From the NCBI RefSeq assembly GCF_009914755.1, contig NC_060934.1: a stretch of DNA of 64,000 nucleotides; one strand, 5' to 3'. Positions 27,079 through 41,666 of the stretch are shown here, piece after piece. The translations under genes and the position numbers were made by a program. The notes below the pieces were generated by a model. The model ran no database searches, was not told where the DNA came from, and was given only the letters and a program-made list of their open reading frames with translations. Source of the DNA: the human T2T-CHM13v2.0 reference genome, Homo sapiens. Numbering within the stretch: the stretch's first letter is position 1; each line of letters opens with the position of its first letter.

Positions 27079-27688
27079 AAAATGGTATCCTTTCTGTGTT
27101 TGGTAACAGCTAGGTCCCTGAAGCATTAAGTTTATGAATCAAGCTCAGAAACTTCTAGAAGTTAAGAGTCAAAGTTCCCACAGCAACCTTCTTTGTTTCA
27201 GCACACAAATGCATGATGACAACTCTTTTATTGCCTGATTCCATAATACTAGATAACAAGAAGAACATCCTGGCTAATATTTTAGAGAAATGGCTAACTG
27301 CGTGAAGAGAGAGAGAAAAATGTATGGACACCTCATCCGACCCAGACAAGCTGAGCATCAGATGTTCTGCCAGGAGGAGCAAAGAGATTTCCAACCTGAG
27401 CCTTTGGGCTTTTCATGCCTTCACCCAGGGACATTTCCTCTATGTTGGTAGACTAGGCTGTGAGCAGTAGCCTATAAATCCAAGGTCCTGGCCTGCCTCA
27501 GTTGCTGACCTAAATAGGGTCCTATCTACAAAGATGATTTAACTTGTGCAAAATGCTTCCTTTCAGACCTAGTCCCCATCTGCTGAGTCCCAACCTCTAA
27601 CTGCATGTGGCTCTTCCCATGATTGGTCTTCTTGGCTGGATGCACTGGGGCACATTGATGCAGACCATGTCATTTCTCAGACCCACAG

Positions 27689-27701
27689 TGACCTGTGACC
27701 T
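27689..27701 (-). promoter_or_regulatory. Perfect nuclear-receptor DR1 motif
   Basis: Minus strand AGGTCACAGGTCA, with a third TGGTCA half-site 6 bp upstream. Confidence 0.4.
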
Positions 27702-28004
27702 CCCATCTGACCACCTGTTCCTGGGATTAAGTAGACAGCTTGTAGTGATGGGCACACAACTGGTTCAGCCCATACTCCCTTAGTGGCTGTCCTCAGCCCC
27801 TGCCTCCACTCCCGAGTTGGGGCTCACACATCTTTCTAGACCACCCCCCCAGGAGGCTGCAGAATCCAAACACGGGCAAGAGGCACCCTGCTGGAGCTGC
27901 TATGTTGACTAAACCATTGGAGAAAAAACCATCTTGTATTAAAAAGAAGATATCATGTCAATCAGATTTAAAGTGTGCATGATATTTCACAACACAGTGC
28001 AAGA

Positions 28005-28310
28005 TTTTCATTCAGCAAATGTTAACTGATTTCTTGCAATAGGCTGGGTACTGTTTTAGGCCTCGTAGCTAAAATGCATCAAGCACACACTCTGTCCCCA
28101 GCCACTGTCTTGAGCATTATGTGATATTCACTTAATCTTCACAAGATTAGGAGTTAGAGGCCTTTTTCAACCTCCCACGTGACAAGTGACAAAACTGAGG
28201 CAGAGCCATTTCAAGCCCCTTGTCTAAGGTCACTCAACTAGAAGGGGCTGGGTTGGACAGATTGTCACCTCCAGTGTCTGGGTGCTAAACTTGGGCTATA
28301 CTGCCTCAAA
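28005..28310 (-). mobile_element. L2 3' fragment followed by MIR
   Basis: TTCATTCAGCAAATGTT..CTGGGTACTGTTTTAGG (L2); AAAACTGAGGC..CTTGTCTAAGGTCAC (MIR core). Confidence 0.65.
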
Positions 28311-29079
28311 CCTCAGAGAAATGTGACACTTCTTTTATTTTTTTTGCCATAATTCCCAAATTTTAATAGCAATGTCAAACCTGTCAGCCTCAACATCCTT
28401 ATTAAAGGGCTTGCTCTGAGCTGACCTCATCTGACACAGTCTTGCACTGCTCTCCCGAGCACACCCTCCCTTAACCCCACCAAACTCCTTGTTGAGTGTG
28501 GGGAAGTCAGTGCTTTCTGGCATCTCTGAGGCTTTGCCATTCTGTTCTCATTCTACCTGGTCAGTACCTACCTTACTGTGAATCTTTCTCGGCTTGCTCT
28601 TATGATCTTCCAGAGTCAGGGGCTCCTGAAGCACCCACATAGCCATTGATCCATCTATCTGTGGCGGCAACAGCCATCTGCCTGGGTCCTTATGATCTGC
28701 TAATTTCCTGTCTCCAGCCCAGGCTCTGAGCTCTTTAAAAGAGCAAGTGTGTGTGGTTTGCTGTTGCAGCCTCAACTACTGAGGCCACCCTCAGTATTCA
28801 TTGGGGATGGGAGGACAGAGTGAACGGTTAAGTTAAGGGACACCATTTGCTGGATGTTTCATTTTGAAATGTTGAGAAATAACAAGAATGCCAACCTGAG
28901 GATGCCTGTAGCCACTCCAACACAGGAACTTCAAACACCTGTGCTTAGGAAAATGGAGGAGAAATTTGGTCTATGTCTTGGGACACTGCAAAACCCAATG
29001 GCCAAGGGACAGCTAGGTCTTAGTTGGTTCAAAATACGAATAGGGTGGCCACTCTGAAATAGGCCAGTAACAAGGAGGT

Positions 29080-29468
29080 TGTGGGGTGTCTGCTGTGGAA
29101 CCCCTTACCTGTGGGTACCCCTGGAGTAGGTGTTGTTGGTGCCCAACCACATTCCTGTTCCCAGGCCCCAGTGTCCAGCAACCAGGAGGGCTACATCACC
29201 CCATGCCCTCCTCAGTTGCAACCAATGGCTGACAGAAATGGAGGTGCAAAGACCAGTTGTCTCATCACAAGGGGGTAGAGTTTATGCCCCACAGGTCTCC
29301 TTTGCCCCCAGGCTCCACCCGAGGCCACGTCCTTGCCCAGTACTTCCCGTTCCCTGTCTTCCTGGCCTTAGCCCTGTTGCTGTGCTCCTGAAGTGCATTC
29401 CCTCAGTCTCAGCCACATTTGCCCAAATCCCTGCCTCAGGGTCTGCCTCTGGGAGTCTGACCTAAGGC
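29080..29468 (+). mobile_element. LTR16-family ERVL solo LTR
   Basis: CCAATGGCTGAC..GGAGG and the 3' end AAATCCCTGCCTCAGGGTCTGCCTCTGGGAG..GACCTAAG. Confidence 0.7.
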
Positions 29469-29697
29469 GGAAGCACTGTGAGGGAGCCCTTGTGGTTTAA
29501 GGTGTCGCAAACAGACTACAGAGCACAGAGGTACCCTTTGGCCAATGAAAATCTACCCACTGAAAAGAAACCCATGCTTCAGATATGTGAACAAATAGCA
29601 AAATATGAGGAAGGAAATATTACATTCACTTAAAATTTCCATAAGGGTAGAGATAGCCAGAACACCAGTTATAGATACTGTGTTAATTAAAGACTTT

Positions 29698-30154
29698 GGA
29701 TCAGTTTCCTAGGGCTGTTGTAACAAATTACCAAAACCTGGTTGCATAAAGCAATAGACCTTTATTGGCTCATTGTTCTGGAGGCCAGAAGCACAAAATC
29801 AAGGTGTCGGCAGGTGAATTCCTTCTGCAAACTCTGTGGGCGAATCTGTTCCCTGCCTCTCTCCTCTCTGCTAGGGCTGCCACAGTCCTCAGTGCACCTT
29901 GATTTCAGATGCATCGCTGCTGCTGTGCCACCTCCATCTTCAAAAACCCTTCCTCTCTGCCTGTCCCTTTGTCTTCCCCGTTCTTAGAAGGACTCCTGTC
30001 AATGAGTTTAGGGCTTACCCTAAATCCAGTCAAGCTCATTTCAAGATCTTAACTAATTCTCTGAGGTGTTTTTTCCAAATAAGGTTACATCCACAGGGGT
30101 ATCCACAGAGTGGACATGTCTTTGTGGGGTGGGAGAGAGAGTTCAACCCATGAC
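29698..30154 (-). mobile_element. MLT1C-like solo LTR
   Basis: TCAGTTTCCTAGGGCTGTTGTAACAAATTACC..TTCCAAATAAGGT..TTCAACCCATGACA. Confidence 0.85.
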
Positions 30155-30805
30155 AAATGCATTTGTCATCTAAGGCCCTTTGCCAAGATCCAAAATGGTA
30201 GAGTCAACGTGTTCTGGACAACTAAGCTTCCTTCCCCCTGCTCCACCCACTGGTCTGCTGGGACAAAAGGCTGTGTCCAAAACCACTCACAGCAAACTGC
30301 TCTCCACCATTGCCTGCCAAGTGTAATAAAGGGCTGCCCAGATGCCAAGAGTCCAGCAACCATAAAACAGCCATCCTCAAAATGAGATGACTCTCAGAAC
30401 CCTTCCACAACAGCCAGCGATACACAGTTTGAAAACTGAGAGTCTTTGAATGACTAAGAATTTGGCCCTGAGTTTATTCATAAACCTCAATAGCCAAGAA
30501 AGATTTACATGAAATCATCAGAGTTAAAAAATCCCACACTCTGCCCAACATATTCAGCTTCTCATTCATTTCCTTTTCGCCTTTCACTTTTCAGTTTCAT
30601 CAATCATGTGTGTCTTGCCTCTGAAGTCGTAATTTACCTTGAAAGCCACTGGAGCAGGCACCACTCATGTGACTGCAGGACCACAGGGCTGAGGGCATCC
30701 TTGAGAACTCAACTTGAATGTGTGGCAGACTTCCCATCACCAAGCCATCCCTATGGACCCAGGGTGAGGCTATCTCTGCCACCAACAGTTCTGGTTTTGG
30801 GTCTT

Positions 30806-31248
30806 TCTATGGTTTAAATGTCCCCTCCAAAACTCATGTTGAAACTTAATCCCCAATGTGACAGTATTGAGAGAGGGATCCTATAAGAGGTGATTGGATC
30901 AGGAGGGCAGAATGCTTGTGAATGGGCTAGTCCATTCACAGGTTAATGGATTAATGGGTTAATGGATTAATGGGTTATCATGGGAGGGGACCTGGTAACT
31001 TTATAAGAAAGGGAAGGGAGATCTGAGTGACCGACCACCTTTGCATGCTTAGCCCCTTGCTGTGCCATGACTTGTGATGCCTCTGGAGCCTGCAGAGAGT
31101 CCCCACCAGCAAGAAGGCTCTTATCAGATTGGGCCTGTTGACCTTGGACTTCTCAGCCTCTAGAACATCAATAAATACATTTATTTTCTTTATAAGTTAC
31201 CCAATTTCAGGTATTCTGTTAAAAGCAACAGAAAACAGGTGAATACGG
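30806..31248 (+). mobile_element. MST-family (MSTB/C/D-like) solo LTR
   Basis: CTATGGTTTAAATGTCCCCTCCAAAACTCATGTTGAAACTTAATCCCCAATG..GACCTTGGACTTCTCAGCCTC..AGCAACAGAAAAC. Confidence 0.88.
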
Positions 31249-31639
31249 AGTTATCCTTACATTTGTTCCTGTAAAGTACCCACTCCACTCCCTGAGGAAA
31301 GGCATGGACTGTGCCAAAGGGGGCTTAAAGCACCTTGGAAAAGGCAAGGTTTTCCAGCCATGTGGCCATGGCCATATTAGAACAATTACAGTGGTTTGTT
31401 GTCTGTGTCCAATGGCATAGTCTTACTGTGAAGACACAGAGTGGGCATTGGAAAATATATCACAGCCCTTGTGAGTCAGTGTGCAGCTTAGCAGGAAATG
31501 CGTGTGTGTGCCAAGAGTGGGCTCTGCAATGCCTGTGTAGCTGGGTGCTGTGTCCAGATAGAGAGACGAGATCCATCACACTTCCTTCAAAATTAGGAGC
31601 TGCTAACGTGCTGTTAGTCATGAAGGAAAGAGTCTAAAA

Positions 31640-31930
31640 CATAGTGGTTTTCCTTTAAAATATTATCTCCCATTTGATTAATTTGGTCAATAAGAAGCCA
31701 AGTGAGAGCTGTGTGGTGATTTGTTTCAAAATCAAAGGATTTTATGTGTGAAAATAGGAATTATGGCTCTGATTATGATATTATCATTAATACAATTATT
31801 TTTAATTAAGAATTTTTATTAGACCTCATCAACTGAAGTAATGGATGTACTGTGAAATAGATTTACTTCCCCCAGATGAAAGGGTCTGCATTATGACCAA
31901 AAGCCAAGGAAAAGATGTGCATTTTTCCTG
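31640..31930. promoter_or_regulatory. Candidate homeodomain-rich enhancer
   Basis: Repeat-free. Dense TAAT/ATTA cores (TGATTAATT, TAATTA, TAATGG) and TCF-like ATCAAAG. Confidence 0.3.
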
Positions 31931-32111
31931 TTTTAAAGACACTACAGCCACCTTTCTGAAGGGCCAGATAGGGTTCTAGTTCATGTGGAGCATTTCCCTA
32001 AAATTTGCCACTTTCCCAGTTTCTGACCAGAGAAATCGAAGGATTAGGCTGGAACTCAGGGTCTGTCTGGGCACCATGTGAGCAGGGATGATGTAGATTT
32101 TCAATCCTTTT

Positions 32112-32457
<346 letters not shown>

Positions 32458-34044
32458 TGATTAGCTATGGGACCATCTACCCTCCGTGTGGTGTGGTCAA
32501 AAAGTCTTTCTTTGACCTTTTCCTGTTAGGGGTGGTTCATCACTTGGGGGGCGAGTCTCCGGCTATGTGAACCAGGCAGGATTATTTGCAGTTGATAATC
32601 CAGAGCCAAAACTGCCCCCACTAAGCAACACAAAACTCACTTTAATTAATGTCAATATATTTATTTACATCCACAGCCTCTTGGAAGAGCTAACGCAAAA
32701 CAAACCAAAGGGAAAAAAAAAATCTCAATTGTTTGGGGGATTTTAAGAGAATTCTTTAATATCAGATTAAGCCCATTTTGATTGTCAATCTATTTTCAGC
32801 TCAACATTACCAAAGCATATTACAAGAAAACTCCGTTTTATGAAGTGACGGTGATTTACATCTTTCTGTCTCTGCTCTTCCCCCCGACTTCCTCTCGCAC
32901 ACATTCCCTCTCCAGAGGATTTGAAAAGAAGCCTGGAGCTATCCTTGTCGGAGCTCCAGGTTCATCCCACAGACTGAGGAGCTTTTCACAAAACACCATG
33001 ATTTCCTAGGGTTCCACTGCAGTATCTGGAAAGAAAGATGGTTTTCGGTCTGAACCGTGAGGGAAATGGAGCTCGCTACTTCACAGAATCATCATCATCG
33101 TCATCCTCATTCCCATTAGGATTAGAATTGGGTATTCTCTAAAAATCCAAAGTCCGTGACTACCCAATTTCAGCAGCCGTTTTACCCCCATGAGATTGCA
33201 ACACAGCAAGATCCCACACGTGTGCCTATCTGGGCTGCGTGTGTGAAACTCTCCAGCCCCATTTCTGAACTGAGAGGAGGATGAAGGGCCCTGCAAGGCG
33301 ATTTTTGCAGGAAAGTTGGAGCTGTGCCTGACGCAGGCTGGGTCTGCAGGCGTTTTGGAAAGACACTCGCCCTGGAAAGTGCAGTACGTCCTGGGGATGT
33401 TGTGTAAACACTCGGAGCCTCTTTTCTGCACGGGACCGCTCAGTTCCCGGTTTCCATCTCACAGATTTTCAGGTCTGTTCTGAGGCCCATTTGGCCCCGG
33501 GAACATAAAGCAGTGAGGAAGGGAAGCCATTTGGCAGCTGCGTTGTGTTTCTGAGCCCTGTCTTCGGCGTCTGTGGGCTTGCCAGCAGGGAATGCAGAGG
33601 CTGGGTCGTGGAAAACGTGTTTTCAGTGATGGCCTGGCCCCAGAAGATTCTGTGGCACAGACCCCTTCTTACTTAAGCCAATGACTGAAGGACTCCCCAG
33701 AAGAATCACACACTTGGCCAACACTTGTGAATACATTCCTCACGGCCGACTTTAATTAAATGGAAGCAAATATATTTTAAGAGTTGTTACCACTGATGTG
33801 CTACTACAGCAACCCAGCATGTGGAGCATTAATCTATGAATAAAAACAAATTTTGAAATTCAACAATTTCCTTCGAAAGCTTAGTTCTGGCTTTGGTGAC
33901 ATTTTGCAGTGTCCTCAGAAACAGGTAACACAGGAAGTTTCATTTAGGAGTTTCCATGGCTTCAAAGCTCACTGTGTAAATTCCTAACAGATATGGCCTA
34001 ACTGTTGTAATGTCATAATTACATCCTTCCTAATTATCCTGAGA

Positions 34045-34460
34045 ATAACAGTAAGAGCGGCCCTCACTCACGGAGCCCTTGCTACATGCCAAGCTCAGTG
34101 CAAATCGCTTTGCAGCCCTTGGTTCATTTAAGCCCAGGAAGATGCTACGTAGTTCCTCTATTTTTTAGACATGTGGTACATTTTAATATTTCTGAAATTG
34201 GGATCGGTCTTATAATTGATAATATCATCTGGCAAAAACAAATACCACACATTCCATATGCACATCAATTTAAAAACCTGCCATTGATCTAAGTCATTTT
34301 GGAAGAGAAGTAATAGAGTGTTAAGATTCCCATTTGCGGATGAGGCAAACTGAGAGAGACAAAGGAAATTGCCCAAGGGCACATAGCTAGTAAGCTGTGG
34401 AATAGGGGGTTAAGCTCATTTGCTCTCTCTCTCTGATTCTGGCAGAAGCTTGGCTTTGAT
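34045..34460 (-). mobile_element. MIR, apparently interrupted by another old insertion (~34150-34300)
   Basis: CCCATTTGCGGATGAGGCAAACTGAG..TTGCCCAAGGGCACATAGCTAGTAAG MIR core. Confidence 0.6.
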
Positions 34461-36282
34461 GCTTTGCTCATTATGAAAACGTTTGTGAAAAGCTGAGCTA
34501 ATTTATGTGTCCTGAAAGTCCCCACTGCTAAATGAAAGATGGGGATATTTGGGGCATATGCCTAAAATTTGGAGATCGGTATCAGTGAGAAAATTGATCT
34601 TTAGTGTCTGTCTACCTGGTACCATCGCAGTGCTATAATCGTGTCATGACTGTGGCCTGGAGGGAGCAGGGAGAGAGGGAGGGAGGGACAGAAGGAGGGA
34701 GGGAGGGTGGAAGGAAGCAGGGAGGAGAAAGATAAACCAACGACCTGACCCAGGACAGATGAATGTGGCATTTCACAGCTCGATTTTCCTTGTCTGTCAC
34801 CTTTTACTTTCTTCTCCTAAGTTTCTCCATTTTCTTCTCCTTTTCTGAGGATCTTGATGACTGCCAGGTACTCACTCAGGAAAGGAGGGTTGCTGATTCT
34901 CTGTGAATAAAAAAAAGCGTACAAAGGTCACCACCTCTCACGCAGTCTGGTGTTGGCCCCAAGTCCGCAGTTTGTCATTGTTCTTTGTAGCAGCAATGGC
35001 ACCTGCTCATTTCAGCAACAACATTGTGTGGTCCAGACAATGCAAGTTGAATAGGAAGTCTTTGTCAAATGATTCATGACAGATTAAAAAGGCTACTTCA
35101 TCAGTGTTATTTCATACCCACATAAATAGTAAGTGATTGAACCTTGGGACACAGCTAGTATGAGAAAGTGATTGCTTTATGGAAAAGAAATCTTCTTTCC
35201 AAGCTCTTTCAATTTCCTGATGATCTAGCTCCCAGTTTCCCTTTCAAGACCATTTTATTGGAAGTTAAGATGCTCAGGAAGCAGGGGTGCTGTCCATCAA
35301 AGTCATGCTGTGAACAAATAAGGCCTCCAGGTTTCTCATGACACAGTGAGTACTCAGGACTCATCCTTGCAGCAAGCTCCAGTCAGGCACTATGCCACAC
35401 AATGGTGGCGGCACGCCTTCCGGATGCCGCACAGCTTCTTGGTGGCATGCAGCCTTGCTCTTCACTTTATGAATCTTCTTAGTTGATCAATATTAGGTCC
35501 AGTGACCTGAAGCTGTAGAACAACGGGTGGCTCCTGGACAGAGAGGTAGACATGAAGCTCGTGCAGCGCCCGTGCTCACAGAGGGACGCGCTTTCAACGA
35601 GCCAGGTGCAGGTGACTGGCATTGCCTTTTCTTCAGGACAGGGCTGTCCTCGTGTTAGCCATGGTAAGGAGCCCTCCTGCCAAGGCAAATCTCCAAGGTG
35701 CTCCTGCTGAGAGGCTCTGGCCAAACTTCACATGGCTTCTGGCTATTTTACAAAGAAATCATCTTAAAATGTCACTTTTTCTTCCCAAGAGAAAGCCCTT
35801 TTTGTCTCATTCATAAGCTCCTTCCCCTCGGCCCCCTGCCTGCCCATCCACTCCTATTTTCTCCAGCCCACCAGGACCCACCCTCTCCATTGTACAGAAC
35901 AGAGCTGACACACTTATGGGAGGAATTGACTAGAGTATCTGCAATGATTCCTCCAGGCTCTGCCCCTACGCAGGGACCCACTCACTCACCTCCACCATCA
36001 GCAGAGCACAAAGGATGCCGTCTTGGGGATGCAGAAGTGGGCTGTGCTCAGAGGCACATTTGCTAGTAAGCTTATCTGACATTTTGCTTCACCCAATGGC
36101 AAAGTAGCATTGGAAAAGCAGCTTAGGATCAGTGCTTACAGGACTAGGAAGGTCTTCTTTGGAAGGGGGATGCTATCAGTTTATAACAGTCAGTGAAGTC
36201 CTAGGCTGCACTGTGAGTCCAAGTGGTCAGGCAGCATCTGAATGATGCAATGCACAGCCTCTAATTTCACTCAGTTACAGCT

Positions 36283-36320
36283 GGGGGGTAGGGGGTGGGG
36301 GGTGTGGCGGGGGGTTGGGG
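36283..36320 (+). other. Predicted G-quadruplex
   Basis: G6-TA-G5-T-G6-TGTGGC-G6-TT-G4. Confidence 0.7.
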
Positions 36321-36811
36321 CGCCGTGCTTGGGCCTCTCATTTTACAAAGGTAATTTGAAACTTTATGCTATATTGCGTAGTTGTGTTATGAAAAATTCC
36401 AGATTTCCAGAACTATTTTTATGTTCTGGTAAGTTTTTAAACTGGAGAAATGTTCTAAAATAAAATTCAGATAATGAAAGGCACAGGGACTCTGCCAACA
36501 AAACATAAAAGCCACCTTTAAATCTGCACATTAGAAAATCAGTGCTGGACCTTGTTTACAGAACACAAAGTAGTTCTAGAGGCAAAGAGCAAGACCTGCT
36601 CTGCAAATTTTCCATAGTTGTGGGTAGTAGAGTCACATCGTCCTGCAACAGGAAGAACGAGACATCAGAGTTGCGGGAATAAGATATAAGCAGTAAGGGG
36701 ACACAGCTCTCTGCTTTGTGGGGAAAGTAAATGTGGCCATGACTTTCAGCCCTGGGTCGCATGCTTCAGGGATGTCTGTGTTATGAGTTATATAGTGAGG
36801 CTTTAAAAAAG

Positions 36812-37160
36812 TTATATATAGATAGATTAATATAGATATATACAAATACAGATAAAAACAGATACATATATAGATATAGATGGATACGGTCCCGAATAGA
36901 GACAAAGACATAGACAGAGATTCACACACATAATATCAATATAAATATAGACATAGACATAATGTAGCTGTAGATGGGTATATAGATATGCAGATAGAAA
37001 TAGATGAATATAGATACATACAGATACAAATAAAATTAGATACATATATGGATATACATGGATAGAATCTGGATATAGATAGGCATCAAGAACATAGACA
37101 TAGATACATATGCATAATATTGATATAAATGTAGACAAATATAATGCATATATAAATATT
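36812..37160. repeat. Degenerate (TAGA/TA)n simple repeat
   Basis: Direct inspection. Confidence 0.9.
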
Positions 37161-37164
37161 AGAA

Positions 37165-37810
37165 GGATAGAGGGGTGGATGGATGCATGGATTGATGGAT
37201 GGATGGATAGATAGGAGGGTGGCTAGAAAGATGGATAGATGGATAAATAGATGAATGGACAGATGGGTGGATACATGGGTGGATAGGTGAATGGATAGAT
37301 AGATGGATAGATGGATGAATAGATGGGTGGATAGATGGATGGATAGGTGGGTGGATAGATGGGTGAACAGATGGATGGATGGATGGATGGATGGAGAGAA
37401 GGATGAGTAGATGGGTGGATAGATGGGTGGATGAGTGGATAGATAGATGATGGATAGATGGATGAATAAATGAGTGGATGAATTGATGGATAGATATGTA
37501 GATCAATGGATAGATGAGTGGATGGGTGGATAGTTGGATGAATAGATGGGTGGATGAGTGGATAGAAAAAGGAATGAATGGGTGGATGGACAGGTGGATA
37601 GATGGATGAATAGATAAGTGAATGAATGGATAGATTCATGAAAAGATGGATGGATAAATAGGTGGATGGGTGGATAAATGGACAAATAAATGGGTGGATA
37701 GATAGGTAGATAGATGGATGGATAGATGGGTGAGTGGATGGGTGGTTAGGTGGATGGATAGATGGGTGGATAGACAGAGATACGAATGTAGACAGAGATA
37801 CAGATGGATC
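37165..37810. repeat. Degenerate (GGAT/TGGA)n array
   Basis: ~640 bp of GGAT/AGAT/GGGT units. Explains the HPSI-repeat ORFs. Confidence 0.95.
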
Positions 37811-38137
37811 AGAGCACAGGTGTAGATGGAGATGGAGAGCTATAGACATGTATTCACTCCACACATATCTGCCTCTTAGGTGCTAACTCTAGGGGCTTTA
37901 GAAATGAAAGACAAGTTCCCTAATTTCAAGCAAGCCCCAAGCTAGAGGGCAAGACACTATTATGATTATTTTAATACAAAGTGATGGTCTTTGTTGTAGA
38001 AGTAATAAGAACATGTCATTAGAACCAGTGCAGGGCCTGACTCAGCTGAGGAAGGATGCACAGAGGATGAAGAGAGGGAGCTGGGGCCTGTGGTTGAGTT
38101 TTGGAGCCAATGGGGTACTAAGGAGGAACAAAGGTGA

Positions 38138-38759
<622 letters not shown>

Positions 38760-40998
38760 TGGTCTGAAAGGGTTTTCTAGAGCAGCACACGGAGCTTCAG
38801 GAAATCTGTGGATGCCGACGAGGTCAGGGGGAAGGATGTAAGGTGTCCCAAGCTGGGGCCATATTACAGATCAGCCAAGAAGCAGGCACTGTGACTTCAG
38901 CAATCAGTTCTCTACAGAGGAGGTCACTTGCTTGGGAACTTCTACTAAAAGAAGCCACTCAAAATGACCACCATCTGGAGACTGTGTAGAGGACAGTGGC
39001 CTTGGAGGGGAGCAAAAGGCATGGAGTCAAAGGCTGGAGGGAGCCCCTCGGCATGGCACTGTGAGGAGGGAGAGACAGCTCACACCAGGCACAGCTCCCA
39101 GGAAAAAAACACCACTTTCACAGGTGACTTCCCCACCTCCTGGTGCTGGTTCAGGAGAGCTCAGCTAAAATCTGTCCACTGATCTTTTCTGCCTCCCCTG
39201 TGCTCCACCTATGGCTGTCTAGGGCACTTCACCCTCACAAGCAGGCCTGCCCAGCCTCCACTCCTCATTCCCCCGGCCCATTGGCCTGGGAACCAGGGCC
39301 TCAGGTCTGCTTTGTGCATTAATGAGGTTTGTTCCAGAATCGCATGAGCACTGAGGATTTTTAAAACCTTGTGACAAAATCTTGGCAATAGTTTGAGCCC
39401 ATCTCCTCTCCAAATCTCCAGAATCTAGGCAAGCAACCCAGACCACTGACCTTCACCAGAGCCAGGCACTTCCAGGAGGCACCTGTCTGAGACAATCCTG
39501 TAGTCCTAAGACCCAAGGAGCCTGATGCTTTCGAGGTCCTGCCTGGGAAGGCTGAGTGGCCCTGGTAAGTGACATTCTCATTATTTCATGGCAGAACACA
39601 GCTGTGCACCTAATATGCTGACCCATATCTATGCCTGAAGACAAAACTGAACCTGAAACTCATGAAAAAGGACAAATTGCCCAATGCCTTTTACTTGCAT
39701 CTCCTTCCCTCCACTTGGTGATCTGGACATTAATGTGTTCCTCTCTGAAACCAATGTGTGAATCTTGTCTAAGCAGCAATGTTACTGCCCTTGAATGTAA
39801 ATCCATTTGGTTATAATTGTGACTAATTTCATTCAGATTTCTGCCATCATTTAAAGTATTTACATGCTGAGGAGGCTTGGCAGGTCAAAAACCTGAGTTT
39901 TTTAAAAAAATACTCAGAACTGGCTTTGCTTGCTGCCTTGCCAAGGAGTCTGTACCTGGCCCTCCCACCTAGGGTGACAATAGACTCGCAATGGTGATCC
40001 AGTAGACTAGTGGATTCTTGATCCTCTGGCAATCGGCATGAAGGAAAATAAGGAGAGAAAGGAGAGGATGAAGGAGCATCAGGTCATTTCTAAGTAATGC
40101 TTCACAGAACACAGAGGTGGTACAAGATGAAAGGTGCAAGTTGCGAGCTGCGTGGCTCCTGCACACCACTGTTGAGAGTCCACTCTCTCACCATCTTCTC
40201 CAGGCTTCATGATGGGCCAGCTTTTATCTCTCACTAGAAACTTCTGACACGCTGCTGGCAAAGTCTTTGAGCAGCAATCTGGGGTTGTTCCTGTTCCTGC
40301 TAAAGCAGGAGGTGGGAGTCAGGTGGGGCCTCTGAGTCAGGGATGTATGCAGCTGTGACAAGGCATAGATTGTCACACCTGGCACATTGGATGGCATTGG
40401 ATAGCACCCTGGAGACTTCATCAGGGCTGCTCCAGAGAGATCCTGGCTCTGCAGACTCCACTCTGGGTGCCGCTTCCTTTCTCCTTAAGATATATCCTAG
40501 GTCATGTCTGCCACATTCCCCAAGGTCAGTGCCACTTCTCACAGCCACTGAAGAGGTCTCTAAGAAGCCAATACCTAGAACAACAGTGCGTGAAATAGAT
40601 GCTAAGGCAGCTTCTCCTTCTTGGCGCCAGCATCAGTCGGAAGGTTCTAAGGACAGTTTGTTGCATGTAGAATGAATTCCTGCTTGAGGGCATGCAGGTC
40701 TAGACATTTGGGAAGTTGTTCTCATCTCCAGCCTCTGGGGGAACACCGAGCAGAGGTATAGCAGGTGTGAACGGGACCGGCCAAGTACCGTGGGACTAGG
40801 GTTTTTGTCCCAAGAGATGGGCCTTCCAGAAACAACATGGAGTCATCATAGTTTTTCTAGTTTCTCTTACATTTTGAGTTTTGTCCCCTGACAAATATAC
40901 GTGAAAGCCCAACCCCCAGTACCACGAAATGTGACTTTATTTGGAAGTAGGTTCTTTACAGAAATAATCAAATTAAAATGAGGTCACTAGTGTGGACC

Positions 40999-41666
<668 letters not shown>

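Noticed and set aside
30941-30976. Short tandem GGTTAATGGATTAATG repeat
   Set aside because: Lies within the MST LTR and resembles its consensus; not an independent feature.
37159-37864. 213-aa and 115-aa HPSI-repeat ORFs
   Set aside because: Reverse translation of the (GGAT)n array.
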